64,000 nucleotides of DNA from Gracilinanus agilis (Eukaryota). Location: assembly GCF_016433145.1 (NCBI RefSeq), contig NC_058130.1, positions 47,187,530-47,251,529 on the forward strand, written 5' to 3'. Position numbers and translations under genes: made by a program. Positions 1 through 12,543 of the stretch are shown piece after piece (position 1 is the stretch's first letter; every line of letters begins with the position of its first letter). Below the pieces are notes generated by a model. The model did not search any database and was not told where the DNA came from. It saw nothing but the letters and a program-made list of their open reading frames with translations.

Positions 1-148
1 CCAAATCATTCTATGCTTTTCTTTGATTCCTTTGGTATCCTCTTATGAAGTATATTCATGGATCTTCTAGGTCTCTTCCAATAGTGTTCAGTGTTGGGCT
101 ACCATGAATTCTCATATTTAGTGATAGCTTCTTAAAAATACTCCAGGG

Positions 149-342
149 CAGTGATTCCCAAAGTGGGCACCACCTCCCCCTAGTGGGTGCTGCAGCAATC
201 CAGGAAAGCGGTGATGGCCACAATTTTTTTGTATTACATTCTATTCTGAGGTCAATAAATAGTTTCATAATTTCCAGGGGGCACTAAGTAATATTTTTTT
301 CTGGAAAGGGGGCAGTAGGCCAAAAAAGTTTGGGAACCACTG
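149..342 (+). mobile_element. Non-autonomous hAT (Charlie-like) DNA transposon/MITE, copy 1, 194 bp (strand arbitrary)
   Basis: Terminal inverted repeats CAGTGATTCCCAAA...TTTGGGAACCACTG; perfect 8-bp TSD CTCCAGGG at 141-148 and 343-350; roughly 90% identical by eye to the reverse complement of 49457-49650. Confidence 0.93.
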
Positions 343-689
343 CTCCAGGGAAACAAAAAAGAGGTCCAAGACAAAGAAAGTTCTCATGTATACCAAAATA
401 TTCACAACAATAGCAAAAAAGCTGGAAACAAAATCATTGACCATTGATTAGGAAACAGCTGAACTGATACATGAATGTAGGGAAAGGAACAAGGACAGTG
501 TCTGACCTGTGATTGCAAACTCCTTTGAGCAATACAGATTGGCATCTTCTCTACAACTTATAGCCCTAGAGAACTGTGAGGTTAAAGGATTTACCCAGAA
601 TGACAGTTAGTACACATTATAGGCAGAACTTGAACTTAGCTCTTTCTAGCTTCCAAACCAGCTACTCTACCATAGTGCCTGCATTCATG

Positions 690-1080
690 AATTTAAGGGA
701 AGATTATATTATTGCACAGTAAGAAATGATAAATGTGAAGAATTCAAGAAACCTTGGGAAGATTTACATGGACTAAAGCAGATTAAGTTAAGCAAAAGTG
801 TGAAAATTATATACTCATTGTCTACAATATTATAAATTAAAAGAATGCTAAAATGAAGTCAAACACTATGCAATTATAAAGACCAATCTTAGTCCCAAAG
901 AAGAGATGAAGAAATGCATTTCCTCCACTCTGGACGTAGAACATTGAAGATGATAGTAGACATGATTTCTGTACTGATGGATTTCATTTAATTCTCTTCC
1001 TTTGTTCCAAAGGGAGGTTCACTGGATAGGATTGGGGCAGCTACATATCAAGAAAGGAGTGTGATGTTAAAAAAATTATC
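690..1080 (+). mobile_element. Old L1 3' UTR fragment
   Basis: Resembles the L1 3' segments at 19.9-20.3 kb and 55.5-55.7 kb (shared ...ccaaagaagagatg... and gaaatga...gaa...tggaa motifs). Boundaries approximate. Confidence 0.6.
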
Positions 1081-1729
1081 AATACATCATGAGAAGATTC
1101 CAAAGGAATCAAAGAAAAGCATAGAATGATTTGGACCAAAACAATGACTTACTGGCTATGGAGATGAGTGACACTAAACACATTCGGGGTCCCCAAAACA
1201 ATTTAAAAGTATCTGGCTCTTCTAGATAAAATAACCAAGCCACACTGAGCTTTTGGGATGGCTTTGAGTAGGCAGCTGGAGACTATGGCCAGGATTTTTC
1301 ATGTTAGATTTCATACCCCAAACCTGATGCCTCTGTGAATTCCTATAGGTATTGAAGCTGAATAACTGTGAAACCTTCAGAGACAGCATTTTGTACATAT
1401 TTCATGATTCCTTCTCAGGAAAAGGCAAAGGGTTTCATTACAAGAGCTGTTTATTTTCCTCCACCTTTCATGGTTCAGCCTGTATAAGTTTTCCTAAATG
1501 CCTCTAATTCTAAGGCTGAGCTCAATTCATGCTCAGAGAGGGAGACAAGTCTCCAGAATCAGGAATATGTGTTCATACTTGTGGTTCCTAAATCATCCAT
1601 GTCCACATGACATGGAATCAAATTTTTTGGTCGGCTATCCTATGGGATTTCTTTTAACTCTAGAAATTCAGTAAGAAAAACAAATGGAAAAAAGGGAAAA
1701 GATAAGCAGAATGAAGAAATATTGAATAC

Positions 1730-1890
1730 TTTAACTCATTTGATACTCATAATCAGCATATGTGGTTGATATTATTAATATCATTATTGCCATTTGAAAA
1801 ATAAGGAAATTGACACTCAGAGAGGATAAGTGACTTATACGTAGTTACTGAGTCAGTGGCAGGGATGAAATTGGGTCCAAGGTTGGCTCT
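1730..1890 (-). mobile_element. MIR/CORE-SINE fragment
   Basis: Antisense MIR core pattern (gaaattgacactcagagaggataagtgactt). Confidence 0.65.
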
Positions 1891-2354
1891 GCCATTCTAC
1901 CTGCTACCCAAGGGTTAACAGTATATATTTTCTCTTTATGTGCAGTCCAATCTGCTCCCATGAGCTGAGATTCAATTCAACACAATTTAATTTAATAAGC
2001 GTTTAGTAAACGCTTGCTACATTTAAGCAAGTCACTGTACTAGATGCTAGGAATACAAAAACAAAATATTTCTGATACATAAGTTTTGGTGGAAGAGAAA
2101 AAAGACCAGGAAATTTTTTTAATCCCTAAATATGGAGCTCTACCTGAGAAAGAAAACCTAAATAAGGAACGAAGCAGGGGGATGCTTTGGCCACAAAATG
2201 GTAGTCATGAAAGATGAGAGAATGCCAAGATGGAGTACTAGAGAGTGTCAAAGACAAAGACTTTCACTATTATGTACACGCCTAGCCACATGTGTATATG
2301 TGTATCTGAATTAGACCAACGTCCAGAGACTCCTCAAGTCTGAGATAAATGAAT

Positions 2355-2780
2355 AAAAAAGAAATTGATTAAACACTTAATTTGGATTAAGTATTATACT
2401 GAGTGCTCTACTAAGATGCAAACAGAAAACCGTAAGAGTATCTTCTCTCAAAGAAATTCTCATTGCAAGAGATAACCACCCATTAAAGTGGGTTCCACTG
2501 CAGGGCAGATGGAAAGGCTCAGGGGCTCTCGGGGTACAGTGGCAGGGAAGATGGCAAATGGAAGACGTTCTTCAGGTGCATCAGAAAGTCAAGTGGCAAT
2601 GCAGAGATGCAAGGACATTTGGAGGACATTGTGGCAGGGTATATGATAAGGTCTGGAGGGCCAGAGAGTGTAGAGACAGTATAAACAGATAAGACCCACT
2701 GATTCTAAATATGGCTACAACTGGAGCCACATCCAGAACCTGTTACTGTCAGAACAATCTGGGGCAGAGTCAAAGAAAGC
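2355..2780 (-). mobile_element. Marsupial L2-family fragment
   Basis: Begins with an antisense L2 3' terminus and continues with gcagatggaaagg...ggtacagtggcaggg, paralleling 26.7-26.9 kb. Family name from memory. Confidence 0.5.
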
Positions 2781-3028
2781 AACTAAGATTTCCTATATCC
2801 TTATAAAATGGAGGGAAATGAACTAATTCCAATACATAATCCAAAAAGGGAAATCAGTTTCAAAACACTAAGGAAACTGAAAAACAAGAAGGAAATGAAG
2901 TTGCCTAAAAACAAGGTGGTAATCAGGGTGAAGCAATAGAGAATTGCCCTCAGATTCTAAATTTTAGGTGCCTCTAGAAGGTATGAACAATTGAGTTCAG
3001 CACCTATTTATCAAAAATAAATTAGTTA

Positions 3029-3200
3029 AGAGGGCTAGGTGGCTCAATGGAATGAAAGCCAGGACTAGAGATGAGAAGTTCTGGGTTCAACCAGGCTTCA
3101 AATGCTTAGCAAGTCACTTAACTCCCTTTCCTAACACTTACTGTTCTTCTACCTTGGTCAATAGACAGTATTGATTCCAAGAAGAAAGGTTAGGATTTTT
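3029..3200 (+). mobile_element. SINE1_Mdo-like tRNA/CORE SINE, diverged with internal deletion
   Basis: ggggctaggtggctcaatgg A-box head, gggttcaa B-box, gcaagtcacttaac core, tail gattccaagaagaaaggttagg. Confidence 0.8.
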
Positions 3201-6200
3201 TTTTAATTTTAATTAGTTATAATAGGATATGAAATGGCCTTTTCCCAGCCCCAAGGAGCCAACCTATTAGCAGCCTCATGCTGTACCAATGTCTCAGTCT
3301 CCCCCAACATACCCCATGACTCTTCCTTATAGGAGGCCAAGATTTCTTCCCATGGACTCCCCTCTACAACTGAATTTATCCTAAAATGTTGCTTTGAGGG
3401 TGTATTTTTTATGCTTGCCCTAACCTCGATTATTTTGTAGCATTTGCCCTGGGCACCAGAACTCCCTGTAATAGCACCACCTGAGAGTGACCCAAGAGCC
3501 ATGGTCAATAAAGCCTACTTGTGAGATGAAATTGGAACCACGGGAGCTCATCAGGCAGTTGGGAATAAGTCAATGGACTGTAAGAGAATGTGGCTAAAAA
3601 GGGACCTGAAGGAATTCTGGAAAAATAACAAGACAACAAGAATAGAAATTGGGTTTTTTTTTTGCAAAAAGATTTGGCCTTAAGGTTGAAATAAAGAGAG
3701 CTAATATGGCAAAAGGCTGAAACAAAGGTGACAGAATGAAGGGAAAAGGGGAAGGAGAAATCATTTTTAAGTGCCTACTATGTGCCAGGCACTCTGCTAA
3801 ATGTTTTACAAATATTTTTCATTTGATCCACCCAACAGCTTTGTGAGACAGGTTCTAGCATTATCCCTATTTACCTCTCAATTTAAGAGAAGTTAAACCT
3901 ATGAGGCAGACAAAGGTTAACTTTAGATCTTCCTAACTGGATCTTCCATATTCCAGCCCAGTGTTCTGCATGAGAAGAATGACAGTGCCTTATGTGCTTA
4001 TGGGAGGAGTTTGAAACACACTTATATCATTGCATGCAAGAATCATTCAAATTGAGTTCTTTCTAGTCCATTCCCTCAGTAAGACAAATACTTCTCTAGA
4101 TCTAACCAGAGATATATATCAACGGAAATGAATGGAAGTGACTTCACTAAGTTTATTGCTTCTCTGGTGACTTGATTGTTCACATGTGAAATGAATTTCT
4201 TTTCTGAAGATGTTTCCCTCATCTACTTAAACCCTTTCTAGAGATTTTAGTTGATTGCAAGCTAAATAAAAGCCAACAGTGTGACATGGCAGATAAGAAA
4301 ATGATATGGTTTTAAGCTAATTTAGACAAAACATCGCATTTAGGGAAAGGATAATCCAATTTTTTTTGCCCTAGTCACCTACATCTGGACCTCAGTTTTC
4401 AGTTCCAGGGACAGTTTAGAACGGATATGCCGAAGTGTCCAGGATGGTCTGGAGATCATACCACAGCAATCTAACCAGGATTTATTAAGCACCTACCAAG
4501 TCCCTGCCTTCAAAGAGATGACTGCATTCTGTTATGAAAAATGGGTGAGGGAAATGGAAATGTTTAGGCTAAAAAAGTTGGAGATTGAAAGGGAAAAAGA
4601 GAACTGTTGCTATGAGGTTCAAATGAATATATAGATATGTATTTATGAAATTATTTGTATTTTATTAACTTTATTCTTGACCTTCCCAACCCAGTGATCC
4701 TTCTTGTCTTGGCACTCCTCTAACATTTGCTATCTAAATTCCCTCCCCTATTTGAGTTTTATTCATACTGCCTTGTATAATTTATTATCTTTTTGTGCAT
4801 ATTTGAACAGCTCTCTTTTGGTGACAGCTCTCGCATTCCCTTTAAATCATCAGTGGCTCTTCAGGGTCTTCAGTATAAATTCTAAAATCTTCATCTATTA
4901 TTAAAGGCTTTCCATGATCTGAACCAACTTACTGTGCCACCCACATAGCAGGCCCCCTGAAATAGTCCAGGCATTAGGTCATGAACTCCAGCTACAATAG
5001 TACCAAGGAGAAGAGAAATGAGGCCAAATGGCCTGAGGAAAGAGTACCAAATTTAGAGTCAGAAGACCTGGGTTTAAATCCTGAATACCTTACTTGGCCT
5101 CATTTTCCTCATCTGTAAAATGAGGCTTTTAAACTAAGGGACTCCATTAGTTCCTTCTGGCTCCAAATCTATAAACCTTGTGTTATTATAATTTTCCCCC
5201 TCTTCTATGAAACATCTATAATTACTATAAATTTTGTTACTATTCTTCCAGGCTTCATTACACACAAAACAGCAATGTAAATTTTGTGAGCCTATTTATT
5301 CAGCTTTACAATTCCACTCACTCAGCAGTGTGTGGTGCCAACTTGGGAGGAGGAGATTTGGCTCAAGATCATGCAGGAAGGTTTAATTAGTCTTCTGTGA
5401 CTCAAATTTACTTCCTTTTCTCAATTCATTTAGATTAGAAGAAAAGGAAGTTAGTTCCCCCTCCCAGTGATAGCCAAAGCATTTCGGATTCATTTCTTTT
5501 CCAGGCTTTTATGAGGTGCTGAAGTTATTGTGTGATAGTATCCATATCTAAATCACTTCATTTGCTATATCACTTCTGATCATAAAGGATCACTAGAGAA
5601 GACCATGAAAGAAGCTTTAGAAATTGATAAAGGTAGGTATATTGATATATTGATAGAGGTAGGCAATGTATCAGGCTACAAAGACTAACCAAAACTAAAC
5701 ACTTAAGGAAAGAGAGAGGTTTCAGAAGGTACTTTCAGATTCAGTTCTGAGGCATGAAATCATCACAGATCAAATATTCAAATGTATAAAAATGGGTCCA
5801 GACCAGGATCCTGTTTGAAACTCAGCCACAGGTAACAAAAGAAACCCTTATGAACATGTACATAGCACCGACCTAGCTATGTACATGTATGTACTCAACT
5901 ATGTAAGATCACCTTCCAAGGATGGACCATGTGAAAGGAGGACACACAGAGACTCAGAAGAAAAATCCCTGAAAATTGCTCCCCTGCAGCAATCATGGCA
6001 CCTCACTTCAATATTCCTTCTTAGTTCCTATGTTCTCTCCTTAAACTAAATTTTATTTCATACACAGAACTATGAAGACCAGTTTAATTAAATATCAGCA
6101 ATGATTGGGTAGCTCCTTTCTTCTTAAAGATGTCAACTAAATGCTCTCCCAGCAAGATATCCGTTTGGCCCCAGAAGCTGCCTGCTAATTCAGCTGCCTC

Positions 6201-8040
6201 TTTCAAGTGAGGTCCAATGGAGATGCATGCCTGGAAACAGAGGACAGGAAAGTGCAATGTACTGGGATTCAAAAGATCTATGTTTAAATTTAAGTTCTGC
6301 TACCCACTAGCTATATGATATTAGACAAGTCATTTTGTTTCATCATCAATTAAATGAAGAGGTTGGACTAACTGGTCTGAAAGGTCCCAGAGTTGGAAGG
6401 AACTTCAGAGGCCACCCTAGATCAAGCCATCCCTAGACAAAAGTCCCTATACCATTACTGACAAGGGGCTCTCAGTTTGGGTTTGAAGGCCTCTAGTGAG
6501 AAGAGTTCCTTCCCATATTGTCAGTCTTGGAAATTCAAATATTTGCTGAGATCACCATTTAATTCTCCCATTCTCTCCCTTATAAGATCATTCCTCAACA
6601 GTTGGGTTTTTTTTAGTTGTTGTGATGGTCAACAAAATTAGAGATGAATAATATCCAAGTCCACTTGAATGAGATTTGTGAAAATCTAGGGACCTTAACT
6701 CCAGTTTCTCTAAAAGTTTTCTATAATACTATGCATTACACAATTGAGTCATGGCATTCTATAATAGGATAACTCAACTTTAAACATTTCCATCTCCAGT
6801 TTCATATTCTTCCCTACGTAGCTCATTCCCCTTTCAGATCTCTCCAATTATTAGGAAGTTTCTTCTTAAATCAATCTCAAACCTGTCTCTCTGTAGCTTC
6901 CATCCAGTTTTCTAGTCCTGACCTCTGGATCAAGTAGAACAAATCTATTCCTTTTTCCATGTGACAACTCTTTAAACAATTGAAGGCAGCTCCCTTGCAG
7001 TTCTAAAATTCTCACATTTCAGGTATCTCAAGACTCCTCTTAGCTCTATGATTCTCTATTACTCTGAATGCTTCAACAAAAAGCTTAAAATCACAAGCTC
7101 CAAATTATCCTCCAGTTCACTGGAGTTCAGAGCCCTAAAAAGTCTCCAAGAGCACACTTGAATCATATGCTACAGCAGTGGTGCTATAAGAGAGTTAGTT
7201 TAACTACATAACTGTCTGCCCACACAGCTCTCTCACTACAGCCTTCTTTAATCAGTTCTAACTAAATGAGTTAAAGGAGAATAATTCAGGAACTAGCCAG
7301 GCATGGAGCATGTGCTCAACACCCCATTCTCTTCCCCAAAACAGCAGCTATTTAGAAAGGTGGGATTTTAGAGCTAGCAGGGACCTCACTAGAGATCATC
7401 TAGTCCATCCCCTTCTTTTGTAAAGTGAGAAAAAACTGAAGTGAGAAAGCAGAACTAATTGCCCAAGATTACACAGTCAGGTACTGAGAAGCCAAGCTGC
7501 AGATCCTTGTTTCTTGATTCCCAGACCAGTACATTTTCTCTCATGCAACATCTCTTTTATGTGCCCTGTTCTCTCACATACAATGTGACAGAATAGAAAC
7601 ACCAGTGATTCTATAGTAAAGTACCTGGGTTCAAATCTCTGATACCTAAAATCTATGTGATAAAGTCACTTAAAATTCTTGGACCTCTGTTTATATATGT
7701 GTAAAAAAGTAGTGTTTTGGCTAGATGGATCCCTTCTAGCTCTAGATCCAAATGATAAACCTTTCATCATCATGAGATATTTATTTAAATGACATTTATT
7801 TATTGACATTTATTGAGTCACTGTGATAGGTGATGGGTAACCTAAAGTAGGAAGCCTTCTTTTTAGGTTGTCCAAGCATAAAGTGTCCAGTTTTACCATG
7901 ACTACAAGCAGTATGGAACAGTAGAAAATATGATGAATTTGGAGTTGAAGAACCTGGATGTAAATCATGGTCCAATACTTTTTAAATTTTTATTATATAT
8001 TTGTTATTTTCTACATTAAAACTTCCAAGTAACTCCCTCC

Positions 8041-8863
8041 TGTAAGGGTTAAAATTAATGGTTGGGTAATAATTATATGAAATCATGAGGTCACCAAAAT
8101 TTATTGTATCTTGAGTCAGAAATTTATTTACAAATATTTACAAAATGGAGAGGAAACAATAAAGTAGAGAAATATGAAGAGGTTAGAGAGGTTATCTATC
8201 CTATAAATCTAAATGTTTTACTCTGAGTCTGCTTAATCCAGGCAGAGATTAATTAGCTCTCAACCAGGAAGACTGGTATTAGGTAACCACTCAGCCTCCT
8301 CCAAGATGGAAGCTAGTCTCTTCAGAAACTAGGAAAGGAGTCAGCCTTTCACTCACCCAATGAAGCACTCCAGAAGTCAGACTCCAAGTTGAAGCCAAGC
8401 CCATAATCCAAGCCATAGTCTCCAGAGAAGCTCCCTTGAAGACTATCTCTAGCCAGAAGACTATCTCCAGAAGACAATCCCTTCAGACTATCTTCTCAAA
8501 GACAATCTTCTCTGAAGGAGTTCAGGGCTTGCTTTGATGGTGACTTCTTGTCCTTTCCCCTCTTCACAGGGGCCTATCACAGTTTCCAAATGGTCTAGCC
8601 CTGCCCAGGGGGCAATGTCTGTGGGATCAACTTCTCACCTTCTGAAGGTTAAGTTCTCAACAAAAATATTCATAGCTAAAGGTGTGAATTTTCTAAGTAC
8701 CTTGCTAACTTCTCATCTAGTACTAAGCAGGGTGTTCAATCTTGTTGATTCAATTTAAAAGTAGACAAAGGAGAGCTAATCCAGTCTTCAGACTAGTGAA
8801 ATATTAAGTAGGGGTACTTAAGTTGGTATTAACTCAAGATAGACAATAAAGAATTCTCTTTCA
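8041..8863 (-). mobile_element. Solo ERV LTR, 823 bp
   Basis: TG...CA termini (tgtaagggtt...ctctttca); minus-strand AATAAA at 8100-8105; internal short tandem repeats; minus-strand donor GG|GTGAGT at 8351-8356. No clean TSD found. Confidence 0.8.
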
Positions 8864-8913
8864 TGCTCCCTCTCCTCCAGAGAAAGAAATGATAAATAGA
8901 AGCAAACAAAACA

Positions 8914-8916
<3 letters not shown>

Positions 8917-8964
<48 letters not shown>
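8917..8964. repeat. (TA)n microsatellite
   Basis: Perfect run of about 24 TA units. Confidence 0.97.
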
Positions 8965-8966
<2 letters not shown>

Positions 8967-9520
8967 CAGAGGGATCTTGGGCAAATCACTTTATTTGTTT
9001 CCTCATCTATAAAATGAGTACTTGAACAATATGGTCTCCAAGTTCTCTTCTTGCTCAAAATCTATGACCCTATCAACCTTATAACACAAGGATACCTGCT
9101 TGTTCATAATGCCCTCGGCCTTTTAGGAAAGGTCCTAAATTGCCACTCTAAGAATTTACTCAAATTTGAGTTTCAGATTGTTCAAAATAATCTTCCAAGG
9201 TTTCACCTACTGAATTCTCCCTCCTCTTCAACCATCCAGCAACTATCCCATTACCACATATGATCGGGAGACCAAGAACAATTTATTAAAAATAGAAAAC
9301 TCTATGATGTCAAATGAGCACCAATGGAAAATAAGATAAAACATTTAATATCACAGCCCAAGACCAGTTCCTTCAATACTCCCAACTCCTAGCCCTCAAA
9401 TACCTAAATCTACAAATTCTAAGTGGCTGGTCATGTGTGAGGACTAGAGCTACATTGGAGACCAAGCCTTAGGTAGTTTCATGCTTTAAAATGTAATGAT
9501 CAGGCAAATCTTGATATTCA

Positions 9521-9685
9521 GTAAATAGAGTGCCAGGCCTGGAGTCAGGAGATCCTGAGTTCAATTCTGGCCTCAGTCACCTTCCTAGATGTTTGACCCT
9601 AGGCAAGTAACTTAACGCCACTTGCATATCCCATACCCTTCTGTCTTAAGAGTTGTTGCTAAGACAGAAAGTAAGAGTTTCTTTA
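9521..9685 (+). mobile_element. tRNA/CORE SINE (SINE1-related, shorter tail)
   Basis: gagtgccaggcctggagtcaggagatcctgagttcaattctggcctcag head, gaccctaggcaagt core, taagacagaaagtaagag tail. Confidence 0.75.
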
Positions 9686-10789
9686 ATGTAATAAGCAACA
9701 TTGAGGTATAAAACACAATTAAAATTAACTTCACTAAAAAAAAATTAAATGAAATACAAGTTTAATGGAAAATTATTTACCTCCTCCTGGAGAATCAACA
9801 GGCAAACAGATAATTAGGCAAACCCTTTAGGGATGAGGAGGGGCAAGGTGACTTCAATGCCTCCTGGGAATTGAATATACCCCAGAGAGCAAGGAAAAAA
9901 AATAGATGCTTCCATCCCCTTAAAGGAACAGCCTAATCTACATATAACAAATATATATATAATATATGTAATCACCTGGTCTCGATCTATGGGAACAAAG
10001 GTAAATGTGGTGGGACTTATCATAGAGAAGCATTAAAGATTTAATTACTCTCTCTCAGTGTAGTAACTATCTTAACAAGGAAAAGGAGGTTGGTATGGAA
10101 GGGTCAGTTCTTTATGAAGCCATCTTAGCTTTCAGTATTAACATTTCTTCTTTTAAATACTCAGAAAGAAGGTTGAATTCTTTTCCATTCCTTATTTATC
10201 TTGTTCTTTTTTCCCCTAGAAAATGGCTAATGCTGAAATACGTTTTTCATTACTTCATACATAAAATGGATATTGTATTTATTGCCTTCTCATTGGGTGG
10301 CAGAACAAGTGAAAGGAGAAAGGGAAATTAGAACTGAAAATGAAAATTAAATGCTTTTAAAACTTCAGAATTTTGCCCAAAATCATAGTCAAGCTCACAG
10401 GTCCTGCCTTGATTTGGAAATTCTATTCTGTTCCTCTTTTTTAAAAATAAGGATAATATCAATTTCCTTTTCAAATCCTATGGAATTTTTCCCATTCTTC
10501 ACAATTATTCAAAGATTCATGATAGCAACTCAGTAATCCCATCAATGAATCAGTTGATATTTATTGAGTGTCTAAGTGACACTGACTACAAAAGAGAAAA
10601 CTGAAACAGTCAAGAATAATATCTTATCTGTACATTTTAGTACATAGTTATTTGCATGTCACCTCCCTTATTAGATTGTGCTTTTTTGCCTTTCTTTTCA
10701 GTACCAGTGCCACCTGTAGTGCCTAGCGCATAGTAGGCACATAATACATGTCTATTGATTAACAACCACCAAAACTTTCAGTATCCTCT

Positions 10790-11630
10790 GGATCCACTTC
10801 ATTCAGGTCTGACAACCTAAATGCAATGAAAACTTTCATTATTTATTAAAAAACATTTCATTATTTATCTTCTGTCTCAATATTCTATCAACTATTTTTG
10901 ATCCATCCTTTCCATTTTAAAGATCATTTACTTCAGAGGAAAAAAACAGAAGCAAAATAGGAATTAAATAGTTCTACTTCCTCTTGGTCACACTTTATCA
11001 TAACAACATTTTATCCTAACTTGTCTTTGATCTCCCTCTTTCCCCCCAACATTACTGAAAGAAAGCATTTTTTATTATCCTTTGAACTTACCACTGGCAT
11101 GAGTGCATGAGATTTAGTGCTCCTAACACTTTTTTTACAGAACAATTCTACTCTTTTGTATTCACGTTACCTGTCCTTATTTTCAGTGTCTACATATGCC
11201 CTTTTTCAATACATGAGTTGATCAATGAGTTATCTGAATATTTTGGAAAATGGGCTTCTTGGACAGTTCCTTCTCACCCCATCCATTTTCCTCCTTTTTT
11301 AAATTACTAGTTTATGGTATTAGAATTTCATTTTTGTCCTATAAAATTTTAGGTCATAGGATCCTTCCTATCCTTTCTCTAAATCTTTTGAAATATATCC
11401 TAAAATCTAGGAGGTATATTATTACATCATGCCTAGGTCTCCTCTGCCTCTCCATCATCAACTCTATGAAGGAGTAGTCACTCTCTCCCAGGTTCTATAA
11501 TTCCAAATTCATCAGTCAGTTGCTCCTTGTTTTCCAGTATAAGCTGAATAAGTCGTCTTTGTTACTTCCTCTACTTTTGAAAGAACAAAATTAACAACGT
11601 TAAGTCAAAAATTAATTACTATGCTTTTGG
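10790..11630 (-). mobile_element. L3/CR1 LINE ORF2 fragment (end of endonuclease and linker)
   Basis: Minus strand near 11450-11492 translates LGESDYSFIELMMER (CR1 LGESDH motif), followed by LDFR...FKRFRERIGRI, like CR1 LDFRKADF..LRELIGRI. Many stops. Confidence 0.8.
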
Positions 11631-12310
11631 CCGACAGTTCTCCACCATATATCTAGGTAGCTGAAGTCTCCTCTCACTTCTGTACCAAGTCACCAAGCCA
11701 AATTTCTGATGTGTTTTCTGAAATGCTCATTAATGCCTCCTTTTATCCCAGGGACCTGTACAGTGCTCCAAAACAATATTGCTACTGCTTTTCCTTCCAT
11801 CGGTCCTTGAAGAAATGTTTTTCAACATGGCCTTTCCCCCTCTGGCTTCTATGTTTTCTATACTATTATCTTCTTATGACTGGCTCATCATAGGTGTTGT
11901 TTCTTCCATAAAACCTTCCCTGATACCTGCAGGTGATGGTGTTCAATTTTTCTCATAATATATATATATATACACATTTATATATGTACATATATGCACA
12001 TATGTGTGTGCTGTGTTCCACTAGAGCCCCTGAGCCCCAGGAGAATGTCAGCTCTTTGAGTTTCTTTTTTGTTTGGTTTGCAAACTATGAAACAGTGCCT
12101 TGAGCCTACTAGGAACTTCATAATACTATTGAATTTGAATATATAATGCTATTTCATTGCCCCCTTTTATCTTTTCTGCCTTTTGTGTCTAAGCGTAGTC
12201 ATGAGTTCAATCCCACCAACAGAATGAAGTCAAATTTGCACCAATGCATTTATTTATAGCTCTGATTTACCTTGCTTATTGCCTATACTCTGCATTTGTA
12301 TATAGATATC

Positions 12311-12543
12311 TTGTTGTTGTTCAGTTGCTTCAGTTGTGTCCAACTCTTCAAGAACCCATTTGAGCTTTTCTTGACAGACTCTGGAGCAGTTCACCATTTC
12401 CTTCTCCAACTCAGTTTACAGATGAGAAACTGAGACAAATAGAGTTAAATGACTTTCCCAGAGTCACATAGCTAATAAGTGTCTGAGGTTAGATTTTAAA
12501 TCAGGTCTTCCTAACTCAGGCAAGATACCCCATCCAGCTGCCC
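12311..12543 (-). mobile_element. MAR1-type SINE
   Basis: Antisense (AAC)n tail, ccatttccttctcc segment, CORE domain, ends in cagctgccc. Confidence 0.85.

Noticed and set aside
3209-3508. 99-aa minus-strand ORF, and a good acceptor upstream (gttatttttccAG, about 3618)
   Set aside because: No recognisable homology or motif; all frames after the acceptor hit stops within 40 codons; the length is within chance expectation.
5480-5840. Plus-strand acceptor/donor signals (tttccAG at about 5503; AAG|gtaggt at about 5632; CAG|gtaaca at about 5832)
   Set aside because: No frame stays open between an acceptor and a donor, and no peptide is recognised.
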